Assembly: GCA_977017575.1 (NCBI GenBank)
Contig: CDRNVI010000040.1
Location: 868,001-932,000 of the forward strand
Origin: Paramoeba atlantica
Lineage: Eukaryota; Protista; Discosea
Direction: 5' to 3'
DNA: 64,000 nucleotides
The notes beneath the pieces are model-generated. The model was not told the DNA's origin. It saw only the letters and a list, made by a program, of their open reading frames with translations, and did not search any database. Position 1 is the first letter of the stretch. Each line of letters starts with the position of its first letter. Shown piece after piece: positions 44,335 to 55,010 of the stretch. Position numbers and translations under genes: made by a program.

Positions 44335-44858
44335 TTTAGTAGCTTCATTACTGTGAAACAGACGTTTAATTCTAGATGTACATAGTTACTTCATTTCGTT
44401 CTATTTTACAACTGCTGTACGTGGTCGACCAAAAATACATGAGAACGAAATCCTTACGAACTCAATATACACAACATAAAAGCAATCAAAAGGCACAACT
44501 TAAACTTTGAAGTGTCCAATCGTGGCACCGATTGTCCCATAGTGGCCCCAGAAATGTACCGAAGTTGCTGGGGGTCCTCTGTAGGAGTAAGTCTGTAAGT
44601 GTAAGTCTGTAAGAGATGAAGTCGAAGCAGGGAAGTGGAAAGAGACGAGAATGGCTGTGAAGAAGAGAGTAAAATGTTTTTGGAATGCGATTCAAGATTT
44701 GTTGATATAATTTCAAGGCTAGACGGAAAAAGTGAAAAAAAAGAGTAAAAAAATCATTTGTGTACATGTAAGTAGTCTCTAGCCAAAAGCAATTTTATAA
44801 CCACTTTTATGAAGATTTTTTTTGAATTGATTATTTCCCTCTGGCATATTAGTCTTGG

Positions 44859-45614
44859 TCAAGTTTGGTTTACGTAATGAATTTCTTTGTCAAACATGTT
44901 TCCTTCAAACGCAAACACAACTCCATTCCGAAGCTCACGAAGATCGAGAATCCCCGTAAATCTGTTGTTGTAGATATGAAGCAATTTCAGAGATTCAGGC
45001 AGATACTTCAAACACACCTCCCCCGTAAATTGATTATCGTAAATGTGAAGTCTTAAAAGCCCAGCATTCAACGCAGCAAAAGAAAATTTTCCAGATAATT
45101 CATTATGGGCCATGGACAAATCAACGAGTGTCATGGGGAGGGAAGCGGTATCAACAGAACCACTGAACTGATTTCTATTTACCCACATAAGGAGTAACAT
45201 AGGGGGAAGGGCGGTCAAATCTAGTGTACCAGTAAATTTATTGAACCGAAGACGTGTCTTTACGACGTTGGAAGGGAGCTGCTGCAGAGCTGCAGTGCCC
45301 GATATGCAATTTCTGGTAAGATCTAAATCACTAGTTGTAGGGGGAAGGTATTCCAGTCCAATGGTTCCCGAAATACTTTTCTTCGACCAATCAATGATCG
45401 TCACACGTTTTTCAAGATCACAGGTAATTCCCTCCCACTCACAGGCAGATGTATGTGGTTGCCACGACGGTCTTTTGTTTGTTAAGTTTTGAACCACTCG
45501 GGAGAGATCAATTTCTGGGGAAAGAGCGACGCCACGGATCTTGCATCCCATTCTGCGACCCGAAGGATCTTCACATTGGAACAAAATCCAATGGAATAAC
45601 GTATGACGACTCAT
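44859..45614 (-). CDS. Short LRR protein
   Basis: KIRGVALSPEIDL cap, CEWEGITC, LRR units. Confidence 0.88.
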   Translation of the reverse strand: MSRHTLFHWILFQCEDPSGRRMGCKIRGVALSPEIDLSRVVQNLTNKRPSWQPHTSACEWEGITCDLEKRVTIIDWSKKSISGTIGLEYLPPTTSDLDLTRNCISGTAALQQLPSNVVKTRLRFNKFTGTLDLTALPPMLLLMWVNRNQFSGSVDTASLPMTLVDLSMAHNELSGKFSFAALNAGLLRLHIYDNQFTGEVCLKYLPESLKLLHIYNNRFTGILDLRELRNGVVFAFEGNMFDKEIHYVNQT

Positions 45615-45711
45615 ATGGCTTAAAAATGTTAATCAAAAACATAATCTTATATTAAAATAGTATTGGAGATGAACGCCCTGAAGTGCTTTAAAACTTGAAG
45701 TAAATATGTTT

Positions 45712-46428
45712 TGGCGATTTTTCTTTTTTAGGTTCTTCGTTAAACGCGGTGGTTGTTTTCAACTTAGAAGTCACTCATGCTGCGCGCTTCTCGTTGAAAA
45801 CTACCACCGCGTTTAACGAAGAAACTAAAAAAGAAAAATCATGAGTAATATCATGAGTAATATATTTTTTTGGGTGAAAGAGCTCGATTTTCCGAGGAAA
45901 ATTGCGAAATTTTAACCCGAATTTGGACAGTTTTTGATGCCTTATCAGTAGCGGCAGGAGGCGAATCTATTGACAAAAACGTCATAGAATGGTAGCTGAG
46001 ACGCAAAACTCTTAAAATACGTTTTAGGAGTCAATTTTGGAAAAATAATATTTTTGCTTTTTTTGGGTCAAATTTATTTTTTAGTCACCCCAAAAAATTC
46101 GGAAATTTCGACCTTGTCGGACCCTACCTGCGCGTACCAGGGGGGGTACCCCCTAGGGGGGGGGGTGGAAAATTATCGCCGCGGCCTACTCTACCACTCC
46201 CCCCCCTTGGATCCCCCCTAGACCCCCCATTTTTTTTTAATTTTTTTCTTCAATTTTGGACCACCGGAGGCCCCCTTTAATATTCTTTTCTTCTATTATA
46301 TTACTGTGTTCCTCTTTATATTTTCACTGTTTTTGTTCACTTTTTTTTCAATAATCGAGGGTAGAGCGGTAGTTTTACAACCACCGCAATAATCGAGGGT
46401 AGAGCGGTAGTTTTACAACCACCGCAAT
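45712..46428 (+). mobile_element. Hairpin family subfamily 2, standard orientation (copy H7), terminal 38-bp tandem duplication
   Basis: Hairpin ~45712-45837; ends CAACCACCGCAAT twice (46390, 46428). Confidence 0.85.
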
Positions 46429-46522
46429 TTTCAAATTTTCAAATTTCAGACTATGATACAATTCATGCGCAATGATAACTTCGACAAAACCCTTTGAATC
46501 CTCCTATAAAGTGGTTCAGTGC

Positions 46523-46969
46523 TCACCTTTCCCCAGAGTGTACGAATTTCCTGTACTGTGTCTCCGACATCCAGCCCTTTTTCGTTTGCTCAGGCGGAAC
46601 CTCCACGTCACGCAGACGCACCAACCATCCTCGATCCTCCGCACTCTCACTGACCAGATTCGGGTTGTTGCTGACCTCACTGTTTACCTCGGCCACCGTA
46701 CCCGACAGCGGGGAGAGTATCTCACTGGTGGCCTTAATGGACTCCACATTCGCTATCGCGTCGTCTTGGGCAATTCGGCGTCCCGGGGGGTGGGGGACTT
46801 CGACGTAGACCACCTCCCCGAGTTGCTGCGTCGCGTGTGAGGTGACGCCAACGGTTGCGTCTCGATTCGTGGGATCCACACGTACCCACTCATGGGTAGG
46901 GGTGAAGAAGAGGGCGGGTAGGGAGGGGTGCGGGGCGGTCGCACATAACCGTGCGAGAGTACGGCGCAT
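46523..46969 (-). CDS. GCSH: Glycine cleavage system H protein with mitochondrial-type presequence
   Basis: THEWV, VGVTSHATQQLGEVVYVE, lipoyl motif ESIKA, SPLSG.V, GWL. Confidence 0.95.
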   Translation of the reverse strand: MRRTLARLCATAPHPSLPALFFTPTHEWVRVDPTNRDATVGVTSHATQQLGEVVYVEVPHPPGRRIAQDDAIANVESIKATSEILSPLSGTVAEVNSEVSNNPNLVSESAEDRGWLVRLRDVEVPPEQTKKGWMSETQYRKFVHSGER

Positions 46970-47347
46970 TAGAATGTGCAGAAAGGAGAAAAAAGGAATG
47001 AAAAGGAATAAAAAGTGATGAAAAATAGAGGAGTGGCCCAGTTTCGCGAGCGCTGACCCTTTGAGCCGCAGTAATAGACGCCCCCAAAGTAGAAATAGAC
47101 GCCCTAAAGTAGAAATGATTACAGATGTCGATTCAAACGCATTCCAATGTCAAAGTATTCTTTCTTGGGAATTTTGAAAAAGTAGGATGACCATGTCTAT
47201 TTGTTTTTACTAAGGATTTCCATGCAATAGTTCAGTCTTAAAAGCATTCAACGCTTAAAAGGTATTGTATTGATTAAGTGTTGTGCTGTGTACAAAGTGA
47301 ATAGTGATCTTATGTAAATCTAGTACAAATAATGATACTGTTTTCGT

Positions 47348-48022
47348 TCAATCACACGAAATACCTTTATTTTTCACACATGTATGTTCACCAATAATGT
47401 CGGTGAATGAGTTACGCGAAAAGGTTGCAGATGTCATACCACTTGGAAGAAGACACAAGTCTATAACACCGCTGAACTTGTTGTCTTCAAGAAGGAGCTC
47501 TGTCAATGAGTTCGGAAGTTTATCGAGCTCTACGGTACCTGTGAAATGATTTTCATGAAGCCATAGCCAGTTTAAACCGGAAGGCAGATGATTAAAATTG
47601 AGTTTCCCATTTAAATGATTTTTATTGAGACAAAAATATATTAGTGAAGCAGGGAGAGAAGTCAAATCTATAGAGCCTGTAAAATTATTATTATTCAAAT
47701 AGATTAACGCTGAGTTGAATGGAAAACAAGAACAGTCCACAGGTCCTTCAAAACGGTTCCATTGTAGCTGGAGCTGAACAATCGCCCGAGGGAGGTGTTC
47801 CCAGCTGAGTGTGCCTTTCAGATGCTTGTAACTTGCGTTGAGTTCGTGAAAAGAACCATCTTTTTTCGTTGTCATACCACTCCAGTTGGAGAGAGGATTC
47901 GTTTCCTTCCATGTTGGATCTAGTTGAGTTACATTTCGAAAGAATAGAGAGAGCTGAAGTTCCACTGGAAGTGTTATGCTCCGTACTTTGTGACCAGAAC
48001 GCGTAGCGGTGCAGTCTGCCAT
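47348..48022 (-). CDS. Short LRR protein
   Basis: HKVRSITLPVE cap, LRR units. Confidence 0.88.
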   Translation of the reverse strand: MADCTATRSGHKVRSITLPVELQLSLFFRNVTQLDPTWKETNPLSNWSGMTTKKDGSFHELNASYKHLKGTLSWEHLPRAIVQLQLQWNRFEGPVDCSCFPFNSALIYLNNNNFTGSIDLTSLPASLIYFCLNKNHLNGKLNFNHLPSGLNWLWLHENHFTGTVELDKLPNSLTELLLEDNKFSGVIDLCLLPSGMTSATFSRNSFTDIIGEHTCVKNKGISCD

Positions 48023-48284
48023 GAATAAGTACTAGAACGCGCTGTAACAAAAGAGAGAAAAAAAGTAAGGAAACATTCCAAAAGCTCACAAAATCTGGTG
48101 CCCAAATTTATCTTTTAGTGTCGGATGAAATCACAAGAGAGAAGTGTTTTTTACATTTTATTTTAGACCTCTTAAAGTGTCACCCCCTGTACGCTAATCT
48201 GTAATACAGCGCAATATTCAATGATGTTTGAACCAATCGCCATTACCAGATTTAGACCCAACCTTTTCAACTTTGTGTACCTTG

Positions 48285-49277
48285 CTACCAGCTAAGTCCG
48301 TTAGGAGTCGATGCTGGGTCTTGCCCGCCAAAGCGGACACCAACCCACTCGTCCCGGGGAGGAAGTAATGCATGTAAAGAATTGTAACTAAAATTCAACT
48401 TACCATAGGTCCATATGTACGACCACTCGGGCTTCATGGTAACACCACCAAAAATTAAAACGCTTTCCTCCTGCTTCGCAAACCCCAGAGGACTGAGGTC
48501 AACGACCCCTGTGAAGAAATTGTGATCAACAAAAAACTCATATATGTCGGGTGGTACGCCATGCATTGAAATTGTCCCCGACAACTGATTCCGGGATAAA
48601 TCGATTCGATTCATATTTTGTGGAAGCTTTGAGAAGTCTACGGAACCTACAAACATGTTGTTGTTCAAAACAAGCATGTTCATAGCGTTTGGTAACTCAG
48701 TTAGACAAAGCGGACCAGAAAACCGATTTTTGCTTAATACGAGGGTCAGCAAACTCTGTGGGAGGTGCGTAAGATCAATTTCCCCTTCAAAGCGATTAGA
48801 ACTCAAAAAAAGATTTTTTAGAGCATTTGGAAGAGAGGACAATTCCAGTGTCCCGTGATAGTTATTCTGTTGAGACTCTAAAGTGTTCAGTTCCGGGGGA
48901 AGGGTCGTAAGGGACACATTCCCCGTCAGAGCTCGATGAGAATTCATACGCAACCGACGTAGTGTCAGAGGGAGCGCTCCCCAATTCAGTTTTCCGCATA
49001 AAGGAACGGTACTTGGATTCCACTCAATGGATATTACCACTTGGTTCTCATCACAATGAACTCCTGCCCATGTACATACAGAAACCGTTTTGGGGGACCG
49101 AAACAACCTCTTCCGTTCCAATACCCAACTCGGGTGTCTTCTTGCAAGAGGTTCGGTAAAACTCCACAGGATCTGTTCCTGTGGAAGTAAAGTAATGTGG
49201 ACACGAGCACGGCGGTAATCCGAACCATCGTCGATGAAAGTCATGGCTCTAAGACGTGGTGAAGTGAAGACACACAT
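48285..49277 (-). CDS. LRR protein
   Basis: RARVHITLLPQEQIL cap, CTWAGVHC, about 7 LRR units. Confidence 0.88.
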   Translation of the reverse strand: MCVFTSPRLRAMTFIDDGSDYRRARVHITLLPQEQILWSFTEPLARRHPSWVLERKRLFRSPKTVSVCTWAGVHCDENQVVISIEWNPSTVPLCGKLNWGALPLTLRRLRMNSHRALTGNVSLTTLPPELNTLESQQNNYHGTLELSSLPNALKNLFLSSNRFEGEIDLTHLPQSLLTLVLSKNRFSGPLCLTELPNAMNMLVLNNNMFVGSVDFSKLPQNMNRIDLSRNQLSGTISMHGVPPDIYEFFVDHNFFTGVVDLSPLGFAKQEESVLIFGGVTMKPEWSYIWTYGKLNFSYNSLHALLPPRDEWVGVRFGGQDPASTPNGLSW

Positions 49278-49755
49278 TAGATGAGGATAAGATACGAATC
49301 TTTAATGGCGACAGGAAATATCATGAAAAGATATTTTCACTGAACACTGTGTTCCCAATAAGATGGAAGGCTGTGTATGGGGGATAGGGGTGGCCTGGCG
49401 TCCCTTCGGGACGCAAGGGTTGGCACAACAAAGCAAACACATTTTGTATAAAAAATACTGAAAAAATTGGGTCTAGAAGTACTGCCTGTTACATAATATT
49501 TCCCACAATAAGCTAATTTTGGCTTTTTGGGATGCAAACGTATTCATCTTACTGGGAACTACGGCAGTTTCAAGTCGATTTATCTTGCACTAATGTAACT
49601 AAACATGTAGCAATGTGATACGTTCATTCAAAACTATGAGGAATCCATTCGGACAAGCACACCTCCAAACTAGCAAAAAGTGACCAATGTGTAGGAAGTA
49701 AAAAGAACAAAAAAGAGAACTACTCCCAAGAGAACTGCTGACATTCCCCTCTCGC

Positions 49756-51510
49756 TCATTTCCCGGGCTTAGAGGGGCCAAACGACAAGACCCCTGCGAG
49801 CACAAGCTTTTGTATCTTCTCCGCGAGGCTGGGATCCCGCATGTACTCCTCCACTCTCTTCGGGTCCATGGACATCTCCCGCAGTACCATTTGCATATAA
49901 GAGTCGGCCAAGATTTGCTGTATCTCCGGATCCGCCTTGGCCCTGGCAATACGTTCCTCATCCTGCTCCCCGGACTGCATGGCCTCCATAATTTTACGCT
50001 GGGTGCGGTACACCCCTTCGCGACACTCCTCATTCTGGGGGTCCAGCTTAAGTCCTTTTTCGTACTCCCGGGCAGCCTTGTGGTACTCCTTTCTCCAAAA
50101 GTAGCAGTGGGCGAGGCGTACGACTGCCTTTACGAACCCTGGGTCTATTTCCAGGCAGCTCTCACAGTCCTTTATGGCCTCATCGTACGCGCCAAGCTTC
50201 ATATACGCCGCAGCACGGTTGGAGTACACCGTGTGGTCATTGGGGTTCCGTTTCACACTCTCCGTGTACGCCCGCACGGCCTCGGGAAACTTACTGGAGC
50301 GAAAATACTCACTGCCCTGCGCCTTGGCCTCGGCCCCGAGTTCCGGGCTAAGATAATCCTCGGTCTCTTTTCTCTTCTTCACGGCCTCGCAGTGCTGGAG
50401 CTTTGCTAGGGTCTGGGGGTTCCGGTGCTCACGAAGCGCACTGTGATAGACACCCATCGCGGCTTCGTACTCCCCTGTGGCCTCCAACACCTCCGCCTTA
50501 CGTGTCAGGAGCTTTCCGAGGAATACGAAATCGGGAGATTGGATTTCTTTCGCCTCGTATTTTTCCAGCGTCGCGGCAATGGCCTCGAGACACTCCGGGA
50601 AACGGCGCTGCTCGAAATACACAGCTGTGCGGTTGAGGTAATAAGACCCGATGGAGGGATTCAGGGTGATCGCCTCATCGTAGCACTCCAGCGCAGCGTC
50701 AAACTCTCGTTTTTTGTAGTGCACATTGCCTCGCTCCTTGGCAAGCTGCGCCAGGTGCTCGGGAGTTTCTTGTTTTATTTCGTCAGGTTTAGGAGCGGAA
50801 CAGTTTCCTGTACAATTCTCACAGCTGCAGTTCGGCCCACAGGTGCAGCTGGGGGCACAGGAGTTTGTTGTTTTCTCCATTTCCTCAGATGGGGGTCGGC
50901 TTGGCATATCCTTGGGGGAGTACGCCGTGGCACCGGGAATCCCGAGAAGTTCGATAATCGTTTGCATCACGCGCTGGTCCTTCATGTAGGCCTGCACCAG
51001 GGAGGGGTTAGCAATCATCGCCCCAATGGCCTGGACGTAGTCGGGCTGCTGCAGGAATGTGGAAAGCCGAGGGTTAGTTTGGATCTTTCCCCAGGTGGCG
51101 GCAGTGAAAAGTTTTCCGAAGGGGTCCTTGGGCTCAGACGGAGAGCTTGGCTCCTGGAGAGCCCCCAGGGCACTACGCAAAGCTGTGTTCTCTGGGTCCG
51201 TCTCAAGACCCTTTTCGTAGGCCTGGATCGCCTCCTGGGTACGCCCCAGACCGTGCAGCGCGGCCCCGAGTCGAGCATAGGCCTTACCCCACCCCTTGGG
51301 TGATTTCTCCACACACGTTTGGGCATCCGACAGAGCCCTCTCCCAGTCCCCAGTGCTGGCGTAACACGCAGACCGGTTCGAATACAGCACGTGGGCGTCG
51401 GGGTCCAGGGCGATGCCCTCTGTGAAATGTTCCGCTGCAGTGCTGAAATTCCCATTGCGGAATTCCGCGTTCCCTTTTTCCTTGTAGGAATCGGCGGTGA
51501 GGGAAGTCAT
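49756..51510 (-). CDS. STI1: Hsp70/Hsp90 organising protein STI1/HOP
   Basis: TPR1-DP1-TPR2A-TPR2B-DP2 architecture; LYSNRSAC, YSNRAAAY, ADPEIQQIL. Confidence 0.95.
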   Translation of the reverse strand: MTSLTADSYKEKGNAEFRNGNFSTAAEHFTEGIALDPDAHVLYSNRSACYASTGDWERALSDAQTCVEKSPKGWGKAYARLGAALHGLGRTQEAIQAYEKGLETDPENTALRSALGALQEPSSPSEPKDPFGKLFTAATWGKIQTNPRLSTFLQQPDYVQAIGAMIANPSLVQAYMKDQRVMQTIIELLGIPGATAYSPKDMPSRPPSEEMEKTTNSCAPSCTCGPNCSCENCTGNCSAPKPDEIKQETPEHLAQLAKERGNVHYKKREFDAALECYDEAITLNPSIGSYYLNRTAVYFEQRRFPECLEAIAATLEKYEAKEIQSPDFVFLGKLLTRKAEVLEATGEYEAAMGVYHSALREHRNPQTLAKLQHCEAVKKRKETEDYLSPELGAEAKAQGSEYFRSSKFPEAVRAYTESVKRNPNDHTVYSNRAAAYMKLGAYDEAIKDCESCLEIDPGFVKAVVRLAHCYFWRKEYHKAAREYEKGLKLDPQNEECREGVYRTQRKIMEAMQSGEQDEERIARAKADPEIQQILADSYMQMVLREMSMDPKRVEEYMRDPSLAEKIQKLVLAGVLSFGPSKPGK

Positions 51511-51760
51511 GCTGTTGGGAAAAGCAAGAATAGGTAAATAGGTGTTCTAGAAAACTAGTTAGAGAATGCATGGATGGGATGAAGAAAACAGATTTTAATG
51601 TGGAATAGTACAGCATCATAAAGTTACAAGTGTGCCACAAATCTCATGTGTCCCTTTAATATTTTCCCACCTTTACCTACTTTCTTTCAACCTGTTTCAT
51701 CTTTTAAAAACTTTCAACACCTCGCAATATTTTGTTCTCTTTTTCCCCTTTTCGTATCCT

Positions 51761-52327
51761 TTACTCCGAGGCGGTACACTTGGTCTGGACATAAATCCCA
51801 TCCAGAAACTTGCGAATATCCTTGTTCTTCACCAAACACGACTGGTGCACCCGGGCGGCGGCCTGGGACACACTCAGCACGTCGTTCCCCGTCAGCACGA
51901 GCTCGTCCTTCACCTTGGAGGGGTCGGTGCGCTCGGCGGTGACGTCCGGGGGAATCGGGACCGTCCGCACGATCTTCTCCCCCAGGAAGTTACGGATCTC
52001 CACGTTGCTCCCCTCCACGGCGACGTTCACCGGGAAGTGGGCGTACGCGAACCGCATCTTGTACCGGTACCCCACGGTGACCCCTTTCACCATGTTGCGC
52101 ACCGAGGAGAGCACGGTCTTGATGCACGCGATCTGCTTCGTCTTCGCCATCCACATCGTGACGGTGAGCCTCCGGGCCGCCCGGTCCACACGCAGCTCCA
52201 TCGGGATGTGCTGGAAGTTACGCGTCAGGGACCCGCGGGGGCCGGTGACGGTGACCACACGCTTGTGGGCCGAGAGCGTAACCTCCTCGGGGTACGTGAC
52301 GCTGTCGTGGCTGTTGACAACACGCAT
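51761..52327 (-). CDS. RPL9: 60S ribosomal protein L9 (uL6)
   Basis: YAHFPVNV, EIRNFLGEK, RTDPSKVKDEL, KDIRKFLDGIYVQTK. Confidence 0.97.
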   Translation of the reverse strand: MRVVNSHDSVTYPEEVTLSAHKRVVTVTGPRGSLTRNFQHIPMELRVDRAARRLTVTMWMAKTKQIACIKTVLSSVRNMVKGVTVGYRYKMRFAYAHFPVNVAVEGSNVEIRNFLGEKIVRTVPIPPDVTAERTDPSKVKDELVLTGNDVLSVSQAAARVHQSCLVKNKDIRKFLDGIYVQTKCTASE

Positions 52328-53815
52328 GGGGAGGGGAGAGGAAAAAGGAGAGAAAAAAGGGATGAAAAAGAAAAAAAAGAGGTAAAAGATAAGATGAAGT
52401 AAATGAGGGTACTGTAACCCCGTTTTAATTCGCGCACATTATAGAAGGGGGGTGCGAAATATGGGTCGGGGGAAGTCCCCCCTCAACAAAAAGTTTCGTA
52501 CTTTTTCGCGACGAGGTCTTTTCATTTTGTAGTGTTATTTTCAGTGTGTGGCAGTGCTGCTTTTTGGTGCTGTTAGGGGGCTTGAAAATATTTATTACTA
52601 GGATTCACCCAGTATAAGATAGCGAGATAATTAGCGGAGTAGAGGTGGGGAATAGGTGTCCAGGAAGGGGAAGGAATATCTCGGGGTGCCCGCCCCCGAG
52701 ACCCTGAAATTCTTGAACTGGAATACACTAGATGGTGAGGGCCCACATACCCGAAAAAAGCATATGCCCATCTCACCTTCCGATGGCCATTCGAGTGCCT
52801 ATCCAGAAGGCAACGCCCAGATACAACCCCGGCGGTACAAGACCGGTACCGTCGCGGGGCGCGTTAACTGCAAGGGGTTTACAAAAAAAGTTAGGATATG
52901 ATTTAACAATTCTATCAAGTGAAGGGGCTGCGGGTGGAGATTCTGTGCGGTCTCGGTGCGGTCTAGGGCGAAGTACCCGCAGCTCCTCAAGTATTTACAC
53001 TATTTTTTACAACCTATTATCTTCTCCATTAAACTGTGTTAAGGGATAACATACCCCCGGTATGTTATCGTGTTACAGATATATCAACTTTCATGCCACC
53101 TATCTCATATTGATAAAAAAATTGAGGGTCAAAAGGGACGTTTTTTCCCCCCAAAAACTTTTAACTTCGTGCTTCCCTTAATAAAATGTACCAAATAAGA
53201 AAATTTATGAGCTCTATCTTGGTTCCGGTTCTGAGCCTGGAAAATAATTTCAAATTGCTTAAACTCCTTAATGCACATCGTACGGTACAGGCTTCTGTCA
53301 TCACGTCATCCAAGGTTCCCAGCTACAAAAAGTGATACGGTCATACATTTTACAGCCTGTGCAAAGAAAAATGATAGAGCGGAGTCGTGTAAGTAGCAAA
53401 AATATGATGCTTAATCACTCGCTTGGATAACACTGAAATTTTGTCTGAGAAACCACCGTAAAAAAAATTCAAGTTTTTTTTGGGGAAAAAAGTCCCCCTT
53501 CACCAAATTGAGACAATTCAAACACAACATTTTCACTTCAAAAATTTGATTTTCTACTCAAAATTTTAAAAATGCAGAAGAGGGGTGTATGTTAGCTACT
53601 CCTGTTCGCGATAACATACATGTCTCTCCCCGTATGTTATCTTGTTATAAGTACTGTGACCCCCCTTTTAATATGCGCACGTTTTTGCCCATGCACGTTT
53701 GTGCATGTAAAAAGGGGGGTGCATAATAAAGGGGGGGAGCCCAATTTTTTCTCCCCTCACAGTGTATACAGTGCTCGTAAAAAACAATATCTTCTTTTAA
53801 TAATGACCTCGGATT

Positions 53816-54700
53816 TAGGCTCTTCGTTAAACGCGGTGGTTGCTTTCAACTTAGAAGTCACTCATGCTGCGCGCTTCGCGTTGAAAACTTCCACCGCGTT
53901 TAACGAAGAGCCTAAAAAAGAAAATTTAGCCTGGAAAACGGAAAGAATATAGCCGAAAATAGCCGAATTTCGGGTACAAATGGGGTCATTTTCGAATATT
54001 TTTGCTCTCAGAGCACTAAATCCGACATCTGCGCGTGGGAAATCACTCGCAGGCATGAATGAAAGCCTACCGAACGTATTGGGTAGAGAATACGACTCCA
54101 ACCATACCATTCTTTCGACACAAAAATGCCCCTTTAGGTCCGAAAAATACTTTTTCACCTTTTTTAGTCAAAAATGGGTCATTTTGAGGGGCGCACCACA
54201 GTTCGAAGAAGTGATACCTTGCGAAAACAACTGCGGAGAAAGCTAGTGGAGGTCCCAAACTATCAAAATACAATAGGGGGAACGATTTTGGAAAAATATT
54301 TTTTTTGTCATTTTTTTCGCCAAGTTGAAATTTTTTTCAAAAAAAATTTTCCGAAAAAATTCGAACTTGGCGGACCCGTCCTGCAGATACGCAGGGGGGT
54401 CACCCCCGGGTAAGGGGGTGGAAAATGCGCGCCAAGACCCCGGCTACCCTTTCTGCGGTTTTTTTCGAAAACTAATTTTTTCGAAAAAATTTGCTCGACC
54501 ATGACCCCCCCCCTGGACCCCCCCCCCCATGGACTCCCCATTTTTTTCAATTTTTTTTTTCAGTTTTGGACCACCGGAGCCCCCTTTTATATTTTTTTTT
54601 TCTATTATATTACTGTGTTCCCCTTTATATTTTCACTGTTTTTGTTCACTTTTTTTTTCAATAATCGAGTGTAGAGCGGTAGTTTTACAACCACCGCAAT
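53816..54700 (+). mobile_element. Hairpin family subfamily 1, full length (copy H8)
   Basis: Hairpin start, C-tracts, CCGCAAT end. Confidence 0.88.
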
Positions 54701-54769
54701 TTGTGGTCATTATTGACCACACAGAAGTACTTTTCTATTGGAGCGAGATCTCTCGAATGCTGCACAGAT

Positions 54770-55010
54770 GTAAGTTTGCGAGGGCGACCTGTTTTCGGTT
54801 TGTTAACTAAGTTGGGTAGGTACTTTTTCTTAATGTTACTTACATTTCCTACGCTCAATTGTAGATCTGACGATAGCTTCCGAATTGATAATCCGTTCTT
54901 TAGTTTTTCTATAACAAGCCTACGTAGATCACTGGGTGTACTGCGCATAGTGCAATGAAACGCAAAGTAAATAAAGAAAATCTTACTCCATTTACTATAC
55001 TTTTTATCTT
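54770..55010 (-). pseudogene. Tc1 transposase 5' fragment with native upstream sequence
   Basis: MRSTPSDLRRLVIEK...GRPRKLT identical to the start of the 56002 ORF. Confidence 0.85.
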
